Shown here: one piece after another, positions 54,727-64,000 of the stretch
Layout: each line of letters begins with the position of its first letter
How positions within the stretch are numbered: the stretch's first letter is position 1
Source of the DNA: Flavobacteriales bacterium
Lineage (GTDB): Bacteria > Bacteroidota > Bacteroidia > DT-38
Reading direction: 5' to 3'
Assembly (NCBI GenBank): GCA_013214205.1
Contig: JABSPQ010000127.1
Coordinates: 7,613-71,612, forward strand
Length of the DNA: 64,000 bases
Notes under the pieces: generated by a model
Databases searched by the model: none
Seen by the model: only the letters and a program-made list of their open reading frames with translations
What the model was told of the DNA's origin: nothing
Position numbers and translations under genes: made by a program

Positions 54727-55194
54727 TTAAAATCTAAAGTGTGAAAATGCTTTATTCGCTGCCGCCATTTTATGCGTATCAGATTTCTTTTTGTAAGCTC
54801 CACCTTCTTCCTTAGAACCTGCAATAATTTCTCCAGCCAATTTCTCGCTCATCGATTTCTCATTTCTTTTTCTTGCGAAAAGAATCATCCACTTCATTGC
54901 AAGAGATAATTTTCTTTCTGGTCTAACTTCTCTTGGAATTTGAAATGTAGCTCCACCAACTCTTCTACTTCTTACTTCAACAGCAGGAGTAATATTATCG
55001 ATAGCACTTTTAAAAACATCAAGACCTTTCTCTTCCGTTCTCTTTTCAATTAAATCCATTGCTTGATAGAATATATCAAACGCTAAATTCTTCTTGCCGT
55101 CCAACATCATGTTGTTCACAAACTTCGTGACCATCTCATCGTGGAATCGAGGATCCGCAAGTATTATTCTTTTTTTCGCTCTAGACTTTCTCAC
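54727..55194 (-). CDS. rpsG: 30S ribosomal protein S7 (GTG start)
   Basis: [19 protein letters not shown]. Confidence 0.99.
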   Translation of the reverse strand: MRKSRAKKRIILADPRFHDEMVTKFVNNMMLDGKKNLAFDIFYQAMDLIEKRTEEKGLDVFKSAIDNITPAVEVRSRRVGGATFQIPREVRPERKLSLAMKWMILFARKRNEKSMSEKLAGEIIAGSKEEGGAYKKKSDTHKMAAANKAFSHFRF

Positions 55195-55208
55195 TTTTTA
55201 AATCAGTT

Positions 55209-55580
55209 TTATTTTGGTCGCTTAGTACCGTATTTAGATCTTCTTTGAGTCCTACCGTCTACACCAGCTGTATCTAACGCACCTCTTACGATGTGATATC
55301 TAACACCTGGCAAATCTTTAACTCTACCGCCTCTAATAAGTACTATAGAGTGCTCTTGCAGATTATGTCCTTCACCTGGGATGTAGGCATTAACTTCTTT
55401 GTTGTTCGTTAACCTTACCCTTGCTACCTTTCTCATTGCTGAGTTAGGCTTCTTAGGCGTAGTTGTATATACTCTAATGCAAACCCCTCTACGCTGTGGA
55501 CATGAGTCCAATGCGATTGACTTGCTTTTCTTTTTGGAAGTGTGTCTTCCTTTTCTTACCAATTGTTGAATCGTGGGCAT
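55209..55580 (-). CDS. rpsL: 30S ribosomal protein S12
   Basis: [19 protein letters not shown]. Confidence 0.99.
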   Translation of the reverse strand: MPTIQQLVRKGRHTSKKKSKSIALDSCPQRRGVCIRVYTTTPKKPNSAMRKVARVRLTNNKEVNAYIPGEGHNLQEHSIVLIRGGRVKDLPGVRYHIVRGALDTAGVDGRTQRRSKYGTKRPK

Positions 55581-55654
55581 AAATCTTATTTAAGAACCTT
55601 TATTCACGCTGATTGTCAGCTAAAATTATCTTTTCCCCATTTTTTTTGGGACGG

Positions 55655-55686
55655 CAAATGTACGAGAAAAGTTTTATAAATTCAAC
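55655..55686 (-). promoter_or_regulatory. Promoter of the str operon
   Basis: GTTG-N20-TACATTTG, Bacteroidota -33/-7 consensus. Confidence 0.7.
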
Positions 55687-55988
55687 AGAAGCAGTATTAT
55701 TTTTCACTATACCGTTAAGTATGCTTTTTCCTATGATCTTCAATGTTAATTTTTAAGCATTTCTACTTTAACCATTAGCTAAAAAAACATTTCATAACAT
55801 CCTTCATTCCACGCAAATACTGAATACCATTTACTATCGTGCAAATCTAAATACCTTTTCTTAATAACTTAATGCTTCCCTGTTTTTATCAACAATGTAT
55901 TTTATGTTAATTTGTTTTTTGCTCAGGATGAAGGATTGAACCGCGTAGAAATATTCATCAGTGCAGCTTTATTTTATTTTTTTCGATC

Positions 55989-58298
55989 ATGTCATATCTC
56001 GACACACTAAATGAGGAACAGCGAAAAGCTGTAGAACACACGGAAGGCCCCGTAATGGTTATTGCTGGTGCAGGTTCGGGGAAAACTCGAGTACTCACCT
56101 ATCGAATAGCGCATTTAATAGACAAAGGTGTAGACCCTTTTAATATACTTGCCCTCACCTTTACTAATAAGTCGGCGAAGGAAATGAAGGATCGAATTAC
56201 CAAAATTATTGGTGGCGAGGCAAAAAACGTTTGGATGGGTACGTTTCACTCCGTTTTCGCAAGGATTTTAAGAAGCGAAGCAGAACACATTAACTACCCA
56301 CAGAACTTTACTATATATGACACGCAAGATTCAAAGAATTTAATTAGACAAATTGTTAGGGATTTAGGCCTTGATGAGAAACTATATAAAGCCAATATTA
56401 TTTACAACAGAATTTCATCTGCTAAAAATGGCTTGATTGGCCCAAAGGCATACCAAGAAAACGCCGAAATTACGTCTAACGACGAATCTGGCGGACGCCC
56501 CAAAACTGGAGAGATCTATGCGATGTATAATAGAAGGTGTTTCAAATCTCATGCAATGGATTTCGACGACTTGTTGTTCAAAACGAATTTACTTTTACAT
56601 AAAAAACCTAATATACTACTAAAGTACCAAAACAAATTCAAATATATTTTGGTAGACGAGTACCAAGATACCAACCATTCACAGTATAGTATAGTGAAGA
56701 GCATGGCAGCCCGTTTCGAAAACATTTGTGTTGTGGGTGATGATGCACAAAGTATTTACAGTTTCCGTGGAGCAAACATTCAGAATATCCTCAATTACAA
56801 AAAAGACTATCCCGACTTCAAATTAATCAAGCTCGAACAGAATTACCGATCCACTCAAAACATTGTTAATGCTGCCAATAGCATTATAAAGAAAAACCAA
56901 GATCAAATTTCCAAAGAAATCTGGACGGATAATAATGAGGGGAGCAAAATCATGGTTAAAATGTCGCTTACCGACAATGAAGAAGGTCATGGTGTTGCCA
57001 ACTCTATATATGATACCAATTTAAGAGAACAGGTACGATTTAATGAATTTGCCATACTATATAGGACAAATGCGCAGTCAAGATCAATGGAGGAGGCCCT
57101 CCGAAGGCTCAACATTGCTTATAGAGTTTATGGAGGTCTTTCTTTTTACCAACGGAAAGAGGTAAAAGACTTGATGGCTTACTTCCGTATGTGCATTAAT
57201 CCGAACGATGAAGAAGCTTTAAAGAGAGTTATTAATTATCCTGCTCGCGGAATTGGCAAAACGAGTATCGACAAAGTAATTATTGCAGCGAATGAATACG
57301 ATAAAAGTTTGTGGCAAATTTTGCTTCACATTAACAAATTAGACATCGGAATTAATGCGGGCACCAGAGGCAAAATAACCGACTTTGTAAACCTTATTAA
57401 AACTTTCAGCTTAAAATCGGAAGTGGAAGACGCCTTCCAATTGGGTAATCACATTGCCAAATCGTCAGGATTATTGAAAGATTTATATAACGACCGTACT
57501 CCTGAGGGGTTGAGCAAACATGAAAACATTCAGGAGCTGCTTAATGGGATCAAGGACTTTACGGAACAAAATGAGGAATTGGATAAAAAAACCATGGGCA
57601 TCTTCCTTCAAGATGTCGCTTTGTTAACCGATGCAGATAACGATGACAAAGAACCTAAGGATCGGGTTTCATTAATGACTATTCACAGTGCAAAAGGGCT
57701 TGAGTTTCCGTATGTATATATAGTTGGGCTGGAAGAAAGTTTATTTCCTTCTCAAATGGCCATGAATTCCAGAAGTGAATTGGAAGAGGAAAGGCGTTTG
57801 TTTTACGTGGCAATTACTCGTGCCGAGAAAAGAGCGCATTTGTCGTATGCCACCAGTAGATATAGATGGGGCAGTTTAGTACACTGCGAACCAAGTAGAT
57901 TTATAGACGAGATCGATTCTCAATATATAGAACAAGATTTCTCCCGCAGTAGTCGCTCTCCAATAATTAAAGGTGAGCGGTTTGCAAAACCGGCCTTACC
58001 TGCTAAGAAACTTGAGAAAAAAACAACCAAAGATTTTTCCAGTAATGCTACCGTTCTCAATAAGAAATTAACAAGAGTTCAACAAGCTATTAAAGGAGCA
58101 CCTGCCAAAGAACTTTTTGAAGAAAGCGACTTAACCGATTTAAAAGCTGGAATGATTGTAGACCACGAACGATTTGGCAGAGGACAAGTTTTAACACTGG
58201 AAGGCGACTATCCCAATACAAAGGCGTCTGTAAGTTTTGATGAAGTTGGCAAGAAGCAATTGCTTTTGAAATTTGCCAAACTCAGAATCCTTAATTGA
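55989..58298 (+). CDS. pcrA: ATP-dependent DNA helicase PcrA/UvrD
   Basis: AGAGSGKT, VDEYQD, QNYRS, EERRLFYVA.TRA, C-terminal Tudor-like domain. Confidence 0.96.
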   Translation: MSYLDTLNEEQRKAVEHTEGPVMVIAGAGSGKTRVLTYRIAHLIDKGVDPFNILALTFTNKSAKEMKDRITKIIGGEAKNVWMGTFHSVFARILRSEAEHINYPQNFTIYDTQDSKNLIRQIVRDLGLDEKLYKANIIYNRISSAKNGLIGPKAYQENAEITSNDESGGRPKTGEIYAMYNRRCFKSHAMDFDDLLFKTNLLLHKKPNILLKYQNKFKYILVDEYQDTNHSQYSIVKSMAARFENICVVGDDAQSIYSFRGANIQNILNYKKDYPDFKLIKLEQNYRSTQNIVNAANSIIKKNQDQISKEIWTDNNEGSKIMVKMSLTDNEEGHGVANSIYDTNLREQVRFNEFAILYRTNAQSRSMEEALRRLNIAYRVYGGLSFYQRKEVKDLMAYFRMCINPNDEEALKRVINYPARGIGKTSIDKVIIAANEYDKSLWQILLHINKLDIGINAGTRGKITDFVNLIKTFSLKSEVEDAFQLGNHIAKSSGLLKDLYNDRTPEGLSKHENIQELLNGIKDFTEQNEELDKKTMGIFLQDVALLTDADNDDKEPKDRVSLMTIHSAKGLEFPYVYIVGLEESLFPSQMAMNSRSELEEERRLFYVAITRAEKRAHLSYATSRYRWGSLVHCEPSRFIDEIDSQYIEQDFSRSSRSPIIKGERFAKPALPAKKLEKKTTKDFSSNATVLNKKLTRVQQAIKGAPAKELFEESDLTDLKAGMIVDHERFGRGQVLTLEGDYPNTKASVSFDEVGKKQLLLKFAKLRILN

Positions 58299-58395
58299 TT
58301 TATTGCGTATGTGTAAAAAATATAATTACTTTTACGTTCCCACATCGCCGAAACTAGGCATTAAAAGCTACAGCGATTAATTAGCACACATTATA

Positions 58396-59013
58396 ATGGA
58401 ATACAATTCAGGAAGATCTAGATTAATTATACCAGAGTACGGAAGACATTTTCAAAAACTGGTTGAGCACGCCGTTGCTATCGAAGATATTGAGGAAAGA
58501 ACCACATTGGCTGAAGCAATAATTCAGAAAATGGGTCAACTCAATCCTCACTTACGTGGTGCTGATGATTACAAACACAAGTTATGGGATCATTTACACA
58601 TCATTGCCGACTTTAAATTAGAAGTTAATGCTCCTTTTCCAAAGCCTGATCCAAAAAATCCAAAAGATGTAGAAAGATTAGCCTATTCAAAAAACAATAT
58701 TAAATACAAGCATTACGGAAGAGCAATAGAATCGTTGATTGAGGCTGCTATTGAATATAAAGACGGTGAAGAGAAAGACGCATTGGTTACTTCTATATTG
58801 AACCAAATGAAAAAATTCTTTGTTACCTGGAACAAAAATTCAGTTACCGACGAATTAATTTTCAAACAATTAGGCATCTTGTCTGAAGACAAATTAAAAC
58901 CTACTAAAGACTTAGTTCTTGTGGACACTAGCTCTTTAATTTCTACTACTGCCAGGCCACAAAGGAAAAAAGGAAAGAATCAAGGCCGCTACAAGTACGG
59001 CCGCAAAAAATAA
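58396..59013 (+). CDS. DUF4290 family protein
   Basis: MEYN....LIIPEYGR, HKLWDHL; directly upstream of murA. Confidence 0.88.
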   Translation: MEYNSGRSRLIIPEYGRHFQKLVEHAVAIEDIEERTTLAEAIIQKMGQLNPHLRGADDYKHKLWDHLHIIADFKLEVNAPFPKPDPKNPKDVERLAYSKNNIKYKHYGRAIESLIEAAIEYKDGEEKDALVTSILNQMKKFFVTWNKNSVTDELIFKQLGILSEDKLKPTKDLVLVDTSSLISTTARPQRKKGKNQGRYKYGRKK

Positions 59014-59025
59014 CCAACATTTTTA

Positions 59026-60333
59026 ATGGGAAGCTTTGAGATTAACGGAGGACTTAGATTAAAAGGAGAAATTATTCCTCAAGGTGCTAAAAACGAAGCA
59101 CTGCAAATATTATGTGCTGTACTGCTTACCCCCGATAAGGTGGTAATAAAAAACATCCCCAATATACTTGACATACGTAATCTCATCGATCTACTTGGAA
59201 GCTTAGGCGTTAAAATAGATAAGATCAGTGATTCAGAATACCATTTTCAAGCAAATAATGTAGATACCACGGCTTTAGAATCTGAAGAGGTAATGAAAAA
59301 AGGTTCTCAGTTAAGAGGAACCATCATGACAGCTGGCCCAATGTTAGCTCGTTTTGGCAAAGCAATCATTCCTAGTTTAGGTGGCGATAAAATTGGTAGA
59401 CGGAGGTTGGACACTCACTTCAACGGTTTCGAAAAACTTGGTGCGACTTTTACATACAACGACGAAAACGGCGAGTTTGTAGTGGTTGCAGATGCGTTAA
59501 AAGGCAGCTACATGCTTCTTGACGAAGCTTCGGTTACGGGAACAGCAAACATCTTAATGGCAGCAGTACTTGCCGAAGGAAATACACAAATTTACAATGC
59601 AGCTTGCGAGCCATACATTCAGCAATTAAGCAAAATGTTGAACCGCATGGGCGCCAAAATTACGGGCATCGGTTCAAACTTATTAATTATCGAAGGCGTA
59701 GAATCTTTAACTGGTTGCGAGCATACGATTTTGCCAGACATGATAGAAATTGGCAGTTTTATTGGATTAGCAGCAATGACACAGTCGGAAATTACTATTA
59801 AAAACGTAGCCTACGATGAGCTTGGAGTTATTCCAGACACTTTCAAAAAACTTGGCATCAAACTTGAGTTAAGGGGAGATGACATATATATTCCGGAGCA
59901 GGAGAATTATTCGATTGAAACGTTTATTGACGGATCAGTACTTACAATTGCAGATTCTACTTGGCCGGGTTTAACACCTGATCTGTTGAGCATTCTTTTA
60001 GTGGTGGCAACTCAGGCAAACGGAAGTGTTTTGATACACCAAAAGATGTTTGAAAGTAGATTGTTTTTCGTAGACAAATTGATCGACATGGGCGCCAAAA
60101 TAATTTTGTGCGATCCACATAGGGCTAGTGTTATAGGCATCAACAGACAATATCCTTTACGTGGCATTTCAATGACTTCTCCTGACATTAGAGCTGGAGT
60201 TTCTTTACTAATCGCTGCGCTTTCCGCAAGTGGAAAAAGCACGATTCACAACATCTCTCAAATAGATCGAGGATATCAAAATATCGACCAAAGACTTATC
60301 GCTTTAGGAGCTGATATTAAAAGAATAAACTAA
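59026..60333 (+). CDS. murA: UDP-N-acetylglucosamine 1-carboxyvinyltransferase
   Basis: GAKNEAL, GGDKIGRR, SVTGT.N, PDIRAG, IDRGY. Confidence 0.98.
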   Translation: MGSFEINGGLRLKGEIIPQGAKNEALQILCAVLLTPDKVVIKNIPNILDIRNLIDLLGSLGVKIDKISDSEYHFQANNVDTTALESEEVMKKGSQLRGTIMTAGPMLARFGKAIIPSLGGDKIGRRRLDTHFNGFEKLGATFTYNDENGEFVVVADALKGSYMLLDEASVTGTANILMAAVLAEGNTQIYNAACEPYIQQLSKMLNRMGAKITGIGSNLLIIEGVESLTGCEHTILPDMIEIGSFIGLAAMTQSEITIKNVAYDELGVIPDTFKKLGIKLELRGDDIYIPEQENYSIETFIDGSVLTIADSTWPGLTPDLLSILLVVATQANGSVLIHQKMFESRLFFVDKLIDMGAKIILCDPHRASVIGINRQYPLRGISMTSPDIRAGVSLLIAALSASGKSTIHNISQIDRGYQNIDQRLIALGADIKRIN

Positions 60334-60338
60334 GCACT

Positions 60339-60884
60339 ATGATTAAGAAGTTATTAATTGCGGCATTTGTTGTCGGTATTTCCGTTGGATTTATCGATCC
60401 TTCGGTTAAGCCAAAAAAAACAGATCCTATTGTTGGCCTTGAGATCGGAAACCTTGCACCAGAATTAAAATACAAAGATCCTGAAGGAAAATCAATTTCA
60501 TTGTCGTCCCTTAGAGGCAAAGTTGTCCTTATCGATTTTTGGGCTTCGTGGTGCGGGCCATGCAGAATGGAAAACCCTAATTTAGTAGCAGCATACAACA
60601 AGTATTCAAAAGCAAAATTTAAAACTGCCAAAGGTTTCGAAATCTATAGTCTGTCTATGGATCAAGATAAAAACAGGTGGATGGGTGCTATTAAGCAAGA
60701 TAAACTGGATTGGGCTAATCATGTTAGCGACCTCGGTGGATGGAGATCTGCAGGTGCAGCAACTTATGGCATTAGAAGCATTCCTTCATCTTATTTAATT
60801 GATGAAAACGGCATTATAATCGCTAAAAACATAAGAGGAATGCTATTGCATCAAGAACTTGACAAATACGTTAAATCGTTCTAA
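60339..60884 (+). CDS. TlpA-family thiol:disulfide oxidoreductase
   Basis: Signal sequence; DFWASWCGPCR. Confidence 0.93.
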   Translation: MIKKLLIAAFVVGISVGFIDPSVKPKKTDPIVGLEIGNLAPELKYKDPEGKSISLSSLRGKVVLIDFWASWCGPCRMENPNLVAAYNKYSKAKFKTAKGFEIYSLSMDQDKNRWMGAIKQDKLDWANHVSDLGGWRSAGAATYGIRSIPSSYLIDENGIIIAKNIRGMLLHQELDKYVKSF

Positions 60885-61012
60885 GAACTGCATTACTACC
60901 TATAAAACACCCTAATAAGTTTCTGGAAGTTAAATACACATGACAATTTGTCCTAAAACAGATTGATGGCAAATGTTTTGTGTGGTACTACTATTATTGA
61001 AAAAAAATAAAA

Positions 61013-61660
61013 ATGGCTAAAAATAAAGAACAAGAAGAAGTGGAAAAAGACGTGACTACCAAAGCGGAAGCAAAGGCGGAAGAAGTTACCGACGCGTCCA
61101 AAGAGGAGTCCACTGAAACTGTAGCGGAGGAAGAAGGAACAGAAGAAAAAGGAGAAGAATCCACAGAAGACGGGTCTGCCGAGACTTCAAAAGAAGAGGA
61201 AGAAGAAGATACTGAGAAAACTGTACATGAGGAAAACGCCGAATTAAACGACAAATACCTCCGTCTTTATTCCGATTTCGATAACTTTAGAAGAAGAACA
61301 GCCAAAGAAAGATTGGAATTAATGGGTTCGGCTGCGGCTGACGTTTTTTCAGCATTACTGCCAGTTTTAGACGATTTTGACAGAGCGAACAAAGCGATCG
61401 AAAGTAACCCTGATGATAATTCTACTCTTAAAGAAGGTTTCGACTTAATTCATGAGAAAATGAGAAGAATCATGATAGAAAAGGGCTTAGAAGAAATGGA
61501 TAGTATGGGCAAAGAATTTAACGCCGATAAATACGAGGCTGTTACCAACATACCAGCGCCATCTAAGAAAGAAAAAGGTAAAGTACTCGACGTACTTGAA
61601 AAAGGATATTCAATGAATGGTAAAATCATCAGATTTGCCAAAGTTGTAGTTGGAGCATAA
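61013..61660 (+). CDS. grpE: Nucleotide exchange factor GrpE
   Basis: DFDNFRRR, LLPVLDDFDRA, KGY....IIRFAKVVV. Confidence 0.97.
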   Translation: MAKNKEQEEVEKDVTTKAEAKAEEVTDASKEESTETVAEEEGTEEKGEESTEDGSAETSKEEEEEDTEKTVHEENAELNDKYLRLYSDFDNFRRRTAKERLELMGSAAADVFSALLPVLDDFDRANKAIESNPDDNSTLKEGFDLIHEKMRRIMIEKGLEEMDSMGKEFNADKYEAVTNIPAPSKKEKGKVLDVLEKGYSMNGKIIRFAKVVVGA

Positions 61661-61675
61661 ACAAGAAAGTTAGCC

Positions 61676-62824
61676 ATGTCGAAAAGAGATTACTACGAAG
61701 TTTTAGGAATTGATAAAAGTGCTGGGGAAGGCGAGATTAAAAAAGCCTACCGTAAAGCGGCCGTTAAACATCATCCTGACAAAAACCCTAATGATCCATC
61801 TGCAGAAGAAAAGTTTAAAGAAGCTGCAGAAGCCTATGAGGTATTAAGTAACGGCGACAAAAAAGCACGTTACGACAGATTTGGACACGCCGGAATGAGC
61901 GGTGCAGCAGGTGGCGGCGGCGGTGGTTTTCACGGCGGCGGAATGAATATGGAAGACATATTCAGTCAGTTTGGTGACATTTTTGGCGGTGGCTTTGGTG
62001 GCGGTGGTGGCCGACAACGTGCTGGTAGACGAAGAGTAAATAGAGGCTCTAATCTTCGAATTAAAATGAAGATGACGCTTGAAGAAATTGCTGAAGGCGT
62101 TGAAAAGAAAGTAAAGGTTAACAAAGATGTTGGCTGTGGCACTTGCGACGGTTCTGGCTCTAAAGGCGGTGAAATGTCATCGTGTAGTTCATGTGGTGGT
62201 TCTGGCCAAGTTACTAGAGTACAAAACACAATATTGGGCCAAATGCAAACAACTGCTACATGTCCTAGTTGTGGTGGGCAAGGCCAAACGATCAAAGATA
62301 AATGCGGCAGCTGTCATGGTAATGGAATTCTAAAAGAACATGAAACCATTACACTTAAAATCCCTGCGGGGGTTGAGGATGGCATGGAGTTATCCATTAG
62401 TGGACAAGGTAATGCTGGCGCAAGAAACGGTGTTAATGGCGATTTACATGTTTTAATTGAAGAAGTTCCGCATGACGATTTTGTACGTGATGGCGACAAT
62501 TTACACTTCGATCATTATTTGAGTATTACAGATGCAATTTTTGGTGCTTCGTCTGAGATTCCTGTATTAGGAGGAAAAGTGAAAATTAAAATTGAAGCTG
62601 GTACGCAAGGCGGAAAGCTATTGAGATTAAGAGGCAAGGGAATTCCTAACGTTAACGGCTATGGCCCTGGCGACCTTATGGTGCATCTTAATGTATGGAC
62701 ACCACAATCTCTGAACAAAGAGGAAAAGGAAATTCTGGGCAAGTTAGTAGACTCAGAAAACTTTATTCCTAGCCCCACTAAAAAGGACAAAGGATTTTTC
62801 GAAAAGATGAAGGAGTTCTTTTAA
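61676..62824 (+). CDS. dnaJ: Chaperone DnaJ
   Basis: J-domain HPD, G/F region, four CxxCxGxG repeats. Confidence 0.99.
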   Translation: MSKRDYYEVLGIDKSAGEGEIKKAYRKAAVKHHPDKNPNDPSAEEKFKEAAEAYEVLSNGDKKARYDRFGHAGMSGAAGGGGGGFHGGGMNMEDIFSQFGDIFGGGFGGGGGRQRAGRRRVNRGSNLRIKMKMTLEEIAEGVEKKVKVNKDVGCGTCDGSGSKGGEMSSCSSCGGSGQVTRVQNTILGQMQTTATCPSCGGQGQTIKDKCGSCHGNGILKEHETITLKIPAGVEDGMELSISGQGNAGARNGVNGDLHVLIEEVPHDDFVRDGDNLHFDHYLSITDAIFGASSEIPVLGGKVKIKIEAGTQGGKLLRLRGKGIPNVNGYGPGDLMVHLNVWTPQSLNKEEKEILGKLVDSENFIPSPTKKDKGFFEKMKEFF

Positions 62825-62835
62825 GGAGTTCTTTT
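62810..62835 (+). repeat. 13-bp tandem duplication AAGGAGTTCTTTT spanning the dnaJ stop
   Basis: Directly visible. Confidence 0.85.
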
Positions 62836-63108
62836 CTTATTAACTTAATAGGAAAAGACTTATTTTTCGCTTAATAGTCTCAAAATCGAGTATTTCATTA
62901 GCGTCAAAGGGACATATATCGAACCTGAGTTTAGGATTTCCTAGAGTTCTTATGGAAATATTTGTTTTTCACACAGAACCTAGGAATCAGGGCAGGGCAA
63001 ACGCATTTAAACTTTTAATAGAATTTCGAGATACTGATTGCCCCACCCTGCTTTTTTCTTTTGGACTTAATTCCCATTTTGCAAGTTTTCTCTTGCTTAG
63101 CAAGGTTT

Positions 63109-63170
63109 AGTGGAAAAAACGGCCAAAGTGACCACCCAATTTTAGTGCAAAGTGACCACCTAAAATCACT
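63109..63170 (+). mobile_element. Solitary IS21-like terminal sequence
   Basis: AGTGGAAAAAACGG followed by two CAAAGTGACCACC direct repeats 24 bp apart; similar to the end at 480. Confidence 0.6.
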
Positions 63171-63266
63171 GGCGTAGATTTGTAATTATTACTTGAATTC
63201 AGCAAATATAAAACAGAACATCTTTTTAATCTGCCCCTTTTTTATTTTAGAAAAGGTTATCAGGCA

Positions 63267-64000
63267 CTAGTCATCAACATTGCCTTTGTTCGCTTGATTA
63301 AATAATTCCGTATCGTTTAGCATATATTCTAAAATTGGTCGGCACTTATTTTTGCAGGCTGGGTAAAACGACATGTGCTCCCTTTCTTTATTCTTGAGAG
63401 GCTTACCCCACCAAAATTCAGCTAAAGCGATTGGTTTTAGTTGATGTTCAAAGGCGTATTGCAACAATTTAGGTGCTGCGCACTCCCCTGCTGCCGATGG
63501 AGGATAACCATGTGATGAATTCTTAAATATTTGCAAAACATTTTTCTTAACTCCCAAAAGGTTTACAATACTATAATTCTCGAAAAGCCATTCTTGAATA
63601 GCGAAAGATTTTTGTTTTCGCTCCTCTGTCAATAAGGTAATTTCTGTTTGATTGGTGGACTTTTTAATCTCATTTCCAATCTCAGTCAGCTCCGACATTC
63701 CTTTATTAATAAAAAAGTCATCCAGCGAATCATCAAAAATTGAAGGAACGAATTTGTCACAAGTCACATTGTCTGGTAATTTCCCCGAAGCTGTTCCTAA
63801 GTAAGCATAAGAGTTATCTTCTCTTTGAACCACAAGAACCCCAAACATTTTTCCTTTTTTAGTATGAAAGTCATGTTCCCAGCCCTGGGATTCTGAAGCA
63901 ATAATTTTTTGAAATTCTTTTGCCGCTATACTAGCAATTCCAGGAACATCTATAGCAAATGGATTGTTAAAACTTACTGGAACTTTGATCTTTGACAGAT
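63267..64000 (-). CDS. Stand-alone homologue of the N-terminal domain of large RluA-family pseudouridine synthases (5' end outside window)
   Basis: Frame open to the window edge (LSKIKVPVSFNNPF...GKMFGVLVV...SGKL...AGECAAPKLLQYAF...AEFWWG...FYPACKNKCRPIL); no RLD catalytic motif before the stop. Confidence 0.8.
   Translation of the reverse strand, partial: LSKIKVPVSFNNPFAIDVPGIASIAAKEFQKIIASESQGWEHDFHTKKGKMFGVLVVQREDNSYAYLGTASGKLPDNVTCDKFVPSIFDDSLDDFFINKGMSELTEIGNEIKKSTNQTEITLLTEERKQKSFAIQEWLFENYSIVNLLGVKKNVLQIFKNSSHGYPPSAAGECAAPKLLQYAFEHQLKPIALAEFWWGKPLKNKEREHMSFYPACKNKCRPILEYMLNDTELFNQANKGNVDD

Noticed and set aside
55600-55980. Replication origin at the strand switch between rpsL and pcrA
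   Set aside because: Only one DnaA-box-like TTATCAACA; no box cluster

Overview
AT-rich Bacteroidota chromosome segment, judged from T9SS C-terminal domains, TAnnTTTG promoters, archaeal/eukaryote-type ProRS, no tuf after fusA and an Asp-type MurA. Most of the window is core genome: proS, lpxK/lpxH, gap, lipA, ung, rmuC, rlmB, a UbiD-family decarboxylase, citrate synthase, eno, carA, the complete str-S10-spc-alpha ribosomal cluster, pcrA, murA and grpE-dnaJ. The left 5.3 kb is a decayed island next to tRNA-Glu, containing nested IS3 remnants, an IS21-like miniature element, a T9SS beta-propeller gene, a probable hsdR plus M48 peptidase remnant and a broken large serine recombinase. The right end has an IS21-like end and a stand-alone RluA-associated domain with a deaminase-like Cys motif. 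The most striking observation is a 1661-aa T9SS cargo (16238-21223) whose beta-propeller carries a ~710-aa insert. The insert looks like seven homologous domains nested inside one another, with a Cys pair that fits the predicted nesting order. All family assignments come from motif recognition by eye; no searches were run.
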